A stretch of DNA of 32,000 nucleotides from an archaeon (lineage in GTDB: Archaea > Iainarchaeota > Iainarchaeia > Iainarchaeales > CSSED10-239). Within the stretch, counting starts at the first letter, position 1, and each line of letters begins with the position of its first letter. The notes beneath the pieces were generated by a model, which worked only from the letters and a program-made list of their open reading frames with translations, was not told the origin of the DNA and searched no databases. The position numbers and the translations under genes are program-made. This document shows positions 1 to 7,792 of the stretch, piece after piece. The stretch covers positions 90,001-122,000 of the forward strand of contig DAOMZT010000002.1 of the NCBI GenBank assembly GCA_035400625.1, in the 5' to 3' direction.

Positions 1-461
1 AATATTATCTAGACACTAAATTTAAAAATCAAAAAATACCTACCCCAAGATATCCTTTAAAGCTGATTAGAACTTGTGTTAAAAAATATTATCCAAAAGA
101 TTATGATACATTTAAAAAAAGAATTAAATTATCAATAAACAGCTTAATTTTCTATGATTTAGTAAATAGATTTATAATTAAGAAAATAGTAAATGCTAGA
201 TACAGAAAAGAAAAATATAAAACAAAGCTATCTATTCTTAATGTTCCTTTTAAAATTGCAAGGCTATCTAAACATCAAAAATTAGGGTATGATTATAAAG
301 CACTATTAAACCCTGATATTTCTATTAAAAAGAAACATACAGAAAAAATGTATAAAATATATCTAAAAGCAAAAGAAGAGTTTATAGATTTTGTAATTGA
401 TTATGAGCTTCATATCTCTGACTATACTTCTAAGCAAAAGAAAATTGTAGATTTCAAATAA
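1..461 (+). CDS. Hypothetical protein, C-terminal fragment (5' end outside window)
   Basis: Frame 3 is open from the window edge to TAA at 459-461 (about 152 codons, ...KIPTPRYPLKLIRTCVKKYYPKDYD...KKIVDFK*). It is absent from the ORF track because it has no start codon in the window. No recognisable motif. Confidence 0.5.
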   Translation, partial: YYLDTKFKNQKIPTPRYPLKLIRTCVKKYYPKDYDTFKKRIKLSINSLIFYDLVNRFIIKKIVNARYRKEKYKTKLSILNVPFKIARLSKHQKLGYDYKALLNPDISIKKKHTEKMYKIYLKAKEEFIDFVIDYELHISDYTSKQKKIVDFK

Positions 462-479
462 GGAAAATGATTTTTTAGA

Positions 480-830
480 TTAGATGACTTTTATTGTAAC
501 AATTGTTTCTGTTTTATCATCTATGACATTATAATCGTTATTATGTTCTCCAACTCTTATTTTTATTTTTTTGGTTCCTGGGTATGTGCCTGCCACAGGA
601 AAAATATGATATCTTAGTTCTTTTACTTGCCCTGGACCAAACTCTCCAATTCTTTTGTAGTCTGTATTTACAGGTTTAACAGAATTAAAACTTATGTCTT
701 CATCTATAACTATATCAATACTTAGCAGTCTTTTATTCTGGCCATTTGTCAATTTTATATAAAATTCTAAAGGCTCTTTACTTTTAGAATCTAATCTATA
801 CGGGAAAGTTCTAGTATTTATTCCAATCAT
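480..830 (-). CDS. Small hypothetical protein, predicted all-beta (Ig/CARDB-like sandwich), no signal peptide or TM
   Basis: 116-aa ORF with ATG start. Alternating beta-strand pattern, with a C-terminal ...AGTYPGTKKIKIRVGEHNNDY...TIVTIKVI that resembles the ectodomain of ORF 28360-28872. Confidence 0.5.
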   Translation of the reverse strand: MIGINTRTFPYRLDSKSKEPLEFYIKLTNGQNKRLLSIDIVIDEDISFNSVKPVNTDYKRIGEFGPGQVKELRYHIFPVAGTYPGTKKIKIRVGEHNNDYNVIDDKTETIVTIKVI

Positions 831-892
831 CTTTTTAAATCACCATTTATAATAATACAATAGACAAAAGAAATTATAAATGTTATCTTAAA

Positions 893-1177
893 TTATTTTC
901 TTTTATAAACATTATCTCTATGTTCAAAATCAAGAAATATAATGTGATTCTTTTCTTTTTTTACAGAAAATAACAGAACAAAATTGTTTCTTATATGCAC
1001 TCTTTTTTTATCTGAATAATCATATTTTAAATTTTTATAATGTTCTATATTAATTTCATCAGAATTGATTATTTCTCTAATCTTTCTATATAACTCTTCT
1101 GCTAGCTTTTTATCTTTTTTATTAAGCTTTGCAATAATTTTCTTTAAATTGTCTGTAAATTCGAATGTAAATGTCAT
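893..1177 (-). CDS. relE: RelE/ParE-family type II toxin (mRNA interferase-like)
   Basis: Typical family layout: N-terminal F.FTDNLKKIIAKLNKKDKKLAEELYRKIREI, then YKNLKYDYSDKKRVHIRNNFVLLFSVKKEKNHIIFLDFEHRDNVY. The track start at 1186 is a TTG; the ATG at 1175-1177 (MTFTFEF...) is more likely. Lies downstream of a small RHH protein. Confidence 0.7.
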   Translation of the reverse strand: MTFTFEFTDNLKKIIAKLNKKDKKLAEELYRKIREIINSDEINIEHYKNLKYDYSDKKRVHIRNNFVLLFSVKKEKNHIIFLDFEHRDNVYKRK

Positions 1178-1242
1178 AAAATTCAATAGAATTATGAATT
1201 TACTACTTTATATGCTTTTTGAGGGTAGATGTCCAGTGCGAA

Positions 1243-1524
1243 TTATTTATTAAAAAGCTTATCTAGTTCTTTTTTGCTCATTTTCTTTAGACCATATTTC
1301 TTTAGATGATCTGATTCTAGTTTGCTTATCTTTTCTAGATATTTTGAATCAATCTCTGGCTCAACTTCTGAAACACCATAGATTTCTACAAACTTATTTA
1401 GAGCTTCGCTTTTATCAGTTAAATTATATTTTGCCTTAATCACACCAAGCACTCTATTTGTATAATCTGTTAATTTCACTCTTGCGTGAATAAAATTATC
1501 TTGTGTATTTCGTGTGTATTCCAT
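1243..1524 (-). CDS. Ribbon-helix-helix (CopG/DUF2683-like) putative antitoxin
   Basis: 93 aa. The N-terminus ARVKLTDYTNRVLGVIKAKYNLTDKSEALNKFVEIY fits a strand-helix-helix pattern. Sits directly upstream of the RelE-like gene. Confidence 0.55.
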   Translation of the reverse strand: MEYTRNTQDNFIHARVKLTDYTNRVLGVIKAKYNLTDKSEALNKFVEIYGVSEVEPEIDSKYLEKISKLESDHLKKYGLKKMSKKELDKLFNK

Positions 1525-1525
1525 A

Positions 1526-1540
1526 TGTATATTATATACA
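1526..1540. promoter_or_regulatory. 15-bp perfect palindrome TGTATAT-T-ATATACA immediately upstream of the antitoxin start codon (candidate operator / TATA-overlapping site)
   Basis: Read directly: tgtatattatataca, centred on 1533. It fills most of the 19-bp gap between the NTase stop (1544) and the antitoxin ATG (1522-1524). Confidence 0.3.
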
Positions 1541-1543
1541 CAT

Positions 1544-2074
1544 CTATTTATATATCTTTTTATTTATTTGTTTGCTTTTGAATTGTTTGCTTATCTTTTC
1601 ATATTCTAAATACCTTTTAATAAGTTCTATTTTTTTAAGATGTTTTTCTTTTTTATATTTATTATATGCAAATTTATAGCATTCTAGTAGGGCTAACAAA
1701 GAACTGATATTTACTTTGTGATTTTGTATTTTTATAGTGTCATAATCTTTATTTTTCAAAAATAAATAGGATTCTTTATTATATATTGGACTAATTCCTA
1801 CAAATTCAACATCTGTTTCTGAAATAATTAAATTTAAATAATTTTTTTCTTTTTTTTCAGAAGGCACAATATATTCTGCAAATATTTTTTTTAATTTTGT
1901 AAAGTCTTTGTAATTTACAAAAAAATCAACATCTTTTGTTTCTTTAATAATTCCTTTAAGTAAAAGGGCAGTTCCGCCAGTTATAAAATAATCAATCTGA
2001 TTTTTATCTAGTTCTTTTACTATCTTTAAAATTACTTGTTTTATCTTTGTGGTTGATAGTTTTGTTGATTTCAT
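1544..2074 (-). CDS. Pol-beta superfamily nucleotidyltransferase-fold protein
   Basis: Signature hGG-x13-DVD (ITGGTALLLKGIIKETKDVDFFV) plus a downstream acidic strand (SETDVEFVG). The start is only 2 nt after the stop of the upstream kinase-deaminase gene, so it is probably co-transcribed. Confidence 0.55.
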   Translation of the reverse strand: MKSTKLSTTKIKQVILKIVKELDKNQIDYFITGGTALLLKGIIKETKDVDFFVNYKDFTKLKKIFAEYIVPSEKKEKNYLNLIISETDVEFVGISPIYNKESYLFLKNKDYDTIKIQNHKVNISSLLALLECYKFAYNKYKKEKHLKKIELIKRYLEYEKISKQFKSKQINKKIYK

Positions 2075-2076
2075 TT

Positions 2077-3156
2077 TTATTTTGCTCCGTATTTTTGAGT
2101 ATCATCTATGATGTCTTTTTTCTTCCAATCTTCTACCCAATCTTCAACATTAAAACACATGTATTTACCATCTGCTGTTGAGCACACAACTCTTTTTAGT
2201 CCTGCATTTATTATCATCTTTTTACAAATAAAGCAAGGAAAAGCATCAACGAGTTTTTCTATACCTAGATGTGTTTTTTTGCCAAATATGTATATTGTTC
2301 CACCAACAATGGAAACTCCTTCTCTTGCTGCATTAATTATTGCGTTTTGCTCACCATGAACACTTACGCAAAGTTCATATTGCTGACCAGAAGGGATGTT
2401 TAATTTTCGTCTAAGACAATAACCTTTCTCAAAACAATCTTTTGTACCCCTTGGTGCACCTGCATAGCCTGTTGATTTTATAACATTGTCTTTAACAATA
2501 ACTGAACCAATCATTGCTGATAAACAATTCCCTCTTAAAGAAACAACTTCTGCAATCTTTAAGAAATATTCATCCCATGATGGTTTGTTCCTGTTTTTTA
2601 TTTGTATCTTTAAAAGCAAATCATCTACTTTCTTTTCTAAGTCTTCTAAAGTTCCATTATTGTCTATTGTAAATTCTGCTAAAACCTTACATTTTTCTAA
2701 ATTTTGAGAATTTGGATCATTACTTGTGAGTTCTTTCTTTTCTGAAGCCATAAACTCATCAAAAGAAGATATCTGTTCTTTTTCTCTTAGTCTTTTTTTT
2801 GCTCGCTCATACCTTGTCATCGCCTCTGCATCTATAAACACCAAAGAAAATTTAGGAAGTTTCTTTAGTTCCTCAATTTCTCCAGATGTCCTAATTGATT
2901 CAACCACATAGTTTTTATCAAGACCTTCTCTTTTTATTCTATCAACTAGCCTTTTTGCAAGGACATTTGGCCCAAACTTTTCTCTAAGCTCATTGCCTAC
3001 CTTTTGAAGGTTTTCTCTTGTTAGCTCTATATTGTTTTTTCTGCATTCTTCTCTAATCTCATCAGAACAAGAATAAACAATAAATCCTTTTTGTTTTAAG
3101 ATATCAGAAACTGCCCCTTTTCCACAAGCTAAAAAACCAGTTATGCCTATTATCAT
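2077..3156 (-). CDS. Fusion protein: N-terminal P-loop nucleotide-kinase-like domain + C-terminal dCMP (deoxycytidylate) deaminase
   Basis: N-terminus: MIIGITGFLACGKG (Walker A-like) followed by an adenylate/dephospho-CoA-kinase-like layout. C-terminus: zinc motifs HGEQNAI and PCFICKKMIINAGLKRVV, typical of the ComEB/dCMP deaminase family. Confidence 0.8.
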   Translation of the reverse strand: MIIGITGFLACGKGAVSDILKQKGFIVYSCSDEIREECRKNNIELTRENLQKVGNELREKFGPNVLAKRLVDRIKREGLDKNYVVESIRTSGEIEELKKLPKFSLVFIDAEAMTRYERAKKRLREKEQISSFDEFMASEKKELTSNDPNSQNLEKCKVLAEFTIDNNGTLEDLEKKVDDLLLKIQIKNRNKPSWDEYFLKIAEVVSLRGNCLSAMIGSVIVKDNVIKSTGYAGAPRGTKDCFEKGYCLRRKLNIPSGQQYELCVSVHGEQNAIINAAREGVSIVGGTIYIFGKKTHLGIEKLVDAFPCFICKKMIINAGLKRVVCSTADGKYMCFNVEDWVEDWKKKDIIDDTQKYGAK

Positions 3157-3168
3157 TTTTTCACATCC

Positions 3169-4695
3169 TTAATGTATTGAAGATATTGGATCGTCATAAT
3201 AATCTTTTAAATTATTTCCAATATTTGGTGTTTTCTTCTTTATTTCCTCTACACAATAATGCACAAACAATCTATATGAGAAATGAGCATGTTCTGTTGT
3301 TCTTGTTTTTGAAACATGATCCATCTCTCTAGCATTTATTGTATACAATATCTTTGCATTAGTTCCAAGTGGACAAACACATTGGCAAAATTCTTTACTA
3401 AATCCATTTTTAAGAAGTTTAATCCACAAGCCATATGCTTTATTTAAACCAGAGATATATTCTCCTTCTGCATCTTTTGGCAAAAAAATAGGAATTGCAA
3501 ATCCATATTCTGGAGAAATAAAACTACTAATCCATGTTAGCATCCTGTTTCTATGAAGATCTCTCCATGCTCCAAAGTCAATAATTCCTTCAAAATTATA
3601 ATTTGCAAGTTCTGTTGCTCTGTGTGGGCGATAGCCTGTACAATCATATTCAAAGGCTTGTTTTATATATTTGTCTATTTTCTCTTGTGTTAATTTCTGA
3701 GAATTAAGATAAACTTCTTCGTTTTTATATTCTACGGTGTGTCCATTATCAAGAAGATAGTTATAAACTAATAGCTTATCTGAATTATCTGTGTGTCCAA
3801 TAATCTTAACTTGGCTTTCTATATTTTCAAAAATAAGATCATCTATTTTTATGTTTTTTTTATTGCCAAAAATCAAAGGAGTGATAGTGTTTGATGTGTT
3901 TTTTATTTCTTCTCTTTTTTTATCAAATATACATGTGCTTTTTTCAAGAAGTGTTGGATAGACTTTTTCAAGTTTTTTTTGCATTTCTTCTCCAATCTCA
4001 TTAAATTCCTTAATATTACTTGTAAAAAGATCAACAATTAAGGATCTAAAAACTTGAGAATTTGTAGTCATTGCAAAATTAGTATATGCACTTGCAGGTA
4101 GAATATATCTTGCAGAATCAAAGGCTTTCTTTTTTATTAGTTTTTCTTCTACAACAATGTTTCTTTTTGAAAATTCATTTTTTATTTCATTTATTATTTT
4201 TGGAAGAATCTTGGAATACACTTCAAAAAGATAATCCATTGTCTCAATATATTCTTTTTTCAGTTCAGGCTTGCCATCAAGTTCCTTAGGAATAATATAG
4301 CACGGTTTAGAAAAGTCCTGATATCTTGTTGATTTTTCCAAGTATGCTGCAAGTCTTTTATTTTCACAATATTTGTTTGTTGCAATCATGCTTGTGTTCT
4401 CAAAACAAAGAGTAACATTACCATGTTGTTCAATAGAATGGTGAGCAACACCAAGAGTAATGCTTTTATGAAAGTTACCTATCTTTTCTCTGTTAAATCC
4501 TTCTTCATTTAATATTTCTCTAACAATCTGCTCAAAAGACTTTGCACTTTGGCTAAGTCTTGCAACAGTTCTACAATGAGCTTCTGCAAAGTTTTCTGTT
4601 GAAATAGAACAAGGGATATTTTCTTTTTCTATAACTTCATAAACTATATCATCTAACAATTTTATTTTTCTTTTAAATTCATCCATATTTTTCAC
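3169..4695 (-). CDS. thyX: Double-length flavin-dependent thymidylate synthase (ThyX/Thy1)-like protein, two tandem ThyX-like halves
   Basis: N half: HHSIEQHGNVTLCFENTSMIATNKYCENKRLAAYLEKSTRY and ARYILPASAYTNFAMTTNSQVFRSLIVDL. C half: NFEGIIDFGAWRDLHRNRMLTW and PLGTNAKILYTINAREMDHVSKTRT. Both follow the ThyX pattern (RHRxxS...SxRY; LP...t.N.R.l.hf). Flanked by SHMT and dCMP deaminase. Confidence 0.65.
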   Translation of the reverse strand: MKNMDEFKRKIKLLDDIVYEVIEKENIPCSISTENFAEAHCRTVARLSQSAKSFEQIVREILNEEGFNREKIGNFHKSITLGVAHHSIEQHGNVTLCFENTSMIATNKYCENKRLAAYLEKSTRYQDFSKPCYIIPKELDGKPELKKEYIETMDYLFEVYSKILPKIINEIKNEFSKRNIVVEEKLIKKKAFDSARYILPASAYTNFAMTTNSQVFRSLIVDLFTSNIKEFNEIGEEMQKKLEKVYPTLLEKSTCIFDKKREEIKNTSNTITPLIFGNKKNIKIDDLIFENIESQVKIIGHTDNSDKLLVYNYLLDNGHTVEYKNEEVYLNSQKLTQEKIDKYIKQAFEYDCTGYRPHRATELANYNFEGIIDFGAWRDLHRNRMLTWISSFISPEYGFAIPIFLPKDAEGEYISGLNKAYGLWIKLLKNGFSKEFCQCVCPLGTNAKILYTINAREMDHVSKTRTTEHAHFSYRLFVHYCVEEIKKKTPNIGNNLKDYYDDPISSIH

Positions 4696-4710
4696 CTGTT
4701 TTTTAATTAT

Positions 4711-5928
4711 CTATATATTATCTATTGGATATTCTTTTAACATCTCTATAATTTTGCCTTTTAGATTTGATTTTAGTTTTTGGTTTTCTGGCTCACAGAT
4801 TACTTGGTTAATATAGTCTGCTATTACTTTTATTTGCTGTTCTTTAAAACCACGAGTTGTTATTGCTGGCGTTCCTATCCTGATACCAGATGTTATAAAT
4901 GGCTTTTGCGGGTCTTTTGGTATTGCATTTTTATTAATTGAAATATTTATTTCTTCTAATACCTCTTGAGCAACCTTTCCAGTAATGTTTTTGTTTCTGA
5001 GGTCTACAAGGATTAGATGATTATCTGTTCCATCTGTTACTAGCTTAAAACCGTATTTTTGAAGCTCTTCTGCCAGAGTTTTTGAATTCCTAAGAACCTG
5101 CTCTTGATAAATTTTAAAATCTGGTCTTAAGGCCTCTTCAAAACAAATTGCCTTTCCTGCAATTATGTGCTCTAATGGACCGCCTTGAAAACCAGGAAAA
5201 TTATTTTTGCTAATTTTACCACCAATTTCCTCATTGTCTGTTAAAATTAGTCCACCTCTTGGGCCTCTTAAGGTCTTGTGAGTAGTTGATGTTACGATAT
5301 CTGCATAAGGCAAAGGCGATTCGTGAAGCTTTGTTGCGACAAGACCAGCAATGTGTGCCATGTCTGCCATAAGATATGCACCAACAGAATCTGAAATTTC
5401 TCTAAATCTTTCAAAATCAATCTTACGAGGATAAGCAGAAGCACCACAAACTATCATTTTTGGTTTTTTGGTCCTTGCAAGTCTTTCAATCTCGTCATAA
5501 TCAAGAAAGCCATTGTCATCTGTTCCATAGCTATAGCTTTCAAAAAGTCTTCCTGAAAAATTTAGTTTAAAGCCATGTGTCAAATGCCCTCCACTATCAA
5601 GAGACATTCCTAATATATTGTCTCCTTTTTCAAGAAGAGAAAAATAAGCAATAAGGTTTGCACTTGATCCAGAATGAGGCTGAACATTAGAATATTTACA
5701 ATTAAAAAGCTCTTTTGCTTTCTCTCTGGCATAGTCTTCTATCTCATCAACTACCTCACAACCAGAATAATATCTTTTACCAGGATAGCCCTCTGCATAT
5801 TTGTTTGTAAGAACAGAGCCACATGCTTCTCTTATCTCTTTAGAACAAATATTTTCTGAAGCAATCATCTCTACTGTTTCTTGCTGTCTATTTTTTTCTT
5901 TTTTTATAAGCTCTAAAATTGTTGTCAT
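4711..5928 (-). CDS. glyA: Serine hydroxymethyltransferase
   Basis: Canonical SHMT motifs: [46 protein letters not shown] and the PLP-lysine block [17 protein letters not shown]. 405 aa. Confidence 0.95.
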   Translation of the reverse strand: MTTILELIKKEKNRQQETVEMIASENICSKEIREACGSVLTNKYAEGYPGKRYYSGCEVVDEIEDYAREKAKELFNCKYSNVQPHSGSSANLIAYFSLLEKGDNILGMSLDSGGHLTHGFKLNFSGRLFESYSYGTDDNGFLDYDEIERLARTKKPKMIVCGASAYPRKIDFERFREISDSVGAYLMADMAHIAGLVATKLHESPLPYADIVTSTTHKTLRGPRGGLILTDNEEIGGKISKNNFPGFQGGPLEHIIAGKAICFEEALRPDFKIYQEQVLRNSKTLAEELQKYGFKLVTDGTDNHLILVDLRNKNITGKVAQEVLEEINISINKNAIPKDPQKPFITSGIRIGTPAITTRGFKEQQIKVIADYINQVICEPENQKLKSNLKGKIIEMLKEYPIDNI

Positions 5929-5936
5929 GATAAATC

Positions 5937-6896
5937 TTATTTAAGTATTTCATCAAGCTTTTCATACATTTTTTTCCTGACTTTCTCTTTTGAATCATAA
6001 ATATTAAATCTATAGATTACTGGCAAATACCCTGAACTATTTAGCCTACAGCCCTCTTGATAAAGCTTGTCAAGCCAAACACCAGCATATCTTTTGTTAA
6101 CAAACAATTGATAATCTGAATTTAGTTCATGATCATCAAGTATTCTTCCATTACTTCTTTCTTCTTTTAATTTAAGATATTTTTCTTTTTTCCAGGATAT
6201 CGGCCCACAAACCACAAACAAATGTGTTGGAGGAAACCCAAAGGCTACTTTATGACCTGGAAGAGAAAGATATTCTTTTAGTTTTATTCCTTTCTGGTTG
6301 TTTTTCTTATCATAAACTTGATAACAAGCAGATTCTTCGCTTCTGCTTCTAATAATTATTTTATTATTGTCTCTTAAAATTTTTCTTATTCTATAAAACT
6401 CGTCAATTCTGTATGCCTGATGAACAAGAGCTGCAGAATACCCATCAATTGTTTCTTTAAAATCAAATAGGCTTCTATTCTGCTCAATTACCCTGTTTAC
6501 TTGCCCAGCTCCTCTTCTTGTTGGTTCTTCAATTATCCAGACATCTGCTGAGTTAGGGTCTATATATGTTGTTATCTTATTTTTTTTAAAAGACGCAACC
6601 AAAAGATCAGATGACTTTTTATAACCAGAAAGAAGAGAATAAATCTCTAGAAGAAGATTATTTTTTTCATCTTTTGAAAAGTTATCAGAATCTAGAAACT
6701 CCTTTAAAGACATAAAATTCTTATTGTATTTCTCAAAAACTTCTGCATGAAACAACAAGTCCATTTCTGTTCCGCGAATATCTCTTATTATTTTGCCTTT
6801 TTCTTTAAAATAATTTATAAAATCAGAAATTTGTGTGCTTGTTCCAGACATGTCAGGACCGCAAATAACAATATCTAAGAATTTCGTGTTGTTCAT
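5937..6896 (-). CDS. Thymidylate-kinase-fold protein with degenerate catalytic motifs (Tmk-like)
   Basis: Tmk-like order of blocks: [14 protein letters not shown] (P-loop position, Lys replaced by Thr), [17 protein letters not shown] (REP..G..iR block), [16 protein letters not shown] (DRY..S.AYQ block, DRY changed to RSR), PTHLFVV (PDL..lLd block). About 100 aa longer than typical Tmk. Confidence 0.5.
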   Translation of the reverse strand: MNNTKFLDIVICGPDMSGTSTQISDFINYFKEKGKIIRDIRGTEMDLLFHAEVFEKYNKNFMSLKEFLDSDNFSKDEKNNLLLEIYSLLSGYKKSSDLLVASFKKNKITTYIDPNSADVWIIEEPTRRGAGQVNRVIEQNRSLFDFKETIDGYSAALVHQAYRIDEFYRIRKILRDNNKIIIRSRSEESACYQVYDKKNNQKGIKLKEYLSLPGHKVAFGFPPTHLFVVCGPISWKKEKYLKLKEERSNGRILDDHELNSDYQLFVNKRYAGVWLDKLYQEGCRLNSSGYLPVIYRFNIYDSKEKVRKKMYEKLDEILK

Positions 6897-6982
6897 TTCA
6901 GATCACAAAATATAATAACTAGTAAAATGTTTATAAATTGTTTCTATAAATAATTATGTATAGACAAAAAATACTGATTTAT

Positions 6983-7792
6983 ATGAATATCTTGCTTATT
7001 TGTTCAAAAACCGATCTTGCAGCCATTAATTTCTTTGAAACTCTAACCACACCAAACTTTGGATTTGAAAAATTAGAAGATAATCTTTGGGTTTTGGATA
7101 GAAAAAACAAAATATTTCTGGCTTTGACTGAAAAAACACACCTATATATGAGTGACAAAGATATTTTAGAAATCGAAAAAAAAGCAAACATTATATTTGA
7201 ACAGATTATCTTTCTTTCTAGGCACTCCACACTTGGAGATCAAAAACCTCGTTCAATTACTGCTCATTCAGTAGGCAACTGGGGAAAAGCAGAGCTTGGT
7301 GGTCTTGATGAAAAGCTTGTAAAAACAGATGCAATTTTGATTCGCTCTTTGCTTTTGGATTTACATAATAACAAGCCAAAAACACTAGAATATGAAATTA
7401 AGCAAGAAGCAACACATCACGGACCATATCTTGAAAAAAGCACAATATTTTTAGAGATTGGATCAAATGAAAAGGCCTGGCAAGACAAAACAGCATCTGT
7501 GTTTGTTTCTAAAGAATTAATTAAAATAATTTCTGAATATGATAAAGAAAAAATAAAACAAGAAAATAACTGGATAGAAGTGGTTGGCTTTGGTGGTTCA
7601 CATTATTGTACAAGATTCAATCACTTGACTTTAAATTCTAAAAACAAATATTGCTTTGGACATGTTATTCCTGATTATGCATTAAAGCAAATTACAGATA
7701 AGCAAAAACTAAAAGAGCTATTGAAACTTGCAAAAATAAAAAGCAATTCTTTTTTGGTTTTAGATGACAAGCTAAAAGAAATTACTTTTTAG
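6983..7792 (+). CDS. dtdA: D-aminoacyl-tRNA deacylase, archaeal type (DTD2/DtdA)
   Basis: Strong family blocks: LSRHSTLGDQKPRSITAHSVGNWGKAELGG, QEATHHGP, IFLEIGSNEKAW, GFGGSHYC, FGHVIPDYAL. The track ORF starts at 6956, but the ATG at 6983 (MNILLICSKTDLA...) matches homolog N-termini better. Confidence 0.85.
   Translation: MNILLICSKTDLAAINFFETLTTPNFGFEKLEDNLWVLDRKNKIFLALTEKTHLYMSDKDILEIEKKANIIFEQIIFLSRHSTLGDQKPRSITAHSVGNWGKAELGGLDEKLVKTDAILIRSLLLDLHNNKPKTLEYEIKQEATHHGPYLEKSTIFLEIGSNEKAWQDKTASVFVSKELIKIISEYDKEKIKQENNWIEVVGFGGSHYCTRFNHLTLNSKNKYCFGHVIPDYALKQITDKQKLKELLKLAKIKSNSFLVLDDKLKEITF

Noticed and set aside
7782-7792. 11-nt overlap of the convergent dtdA and DXR-like genes as a possible regulatory antisense arrangement
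   Set aside because: A short 3'-3' overlap is common in compact genomes, and nothing else in the sequence supports it.
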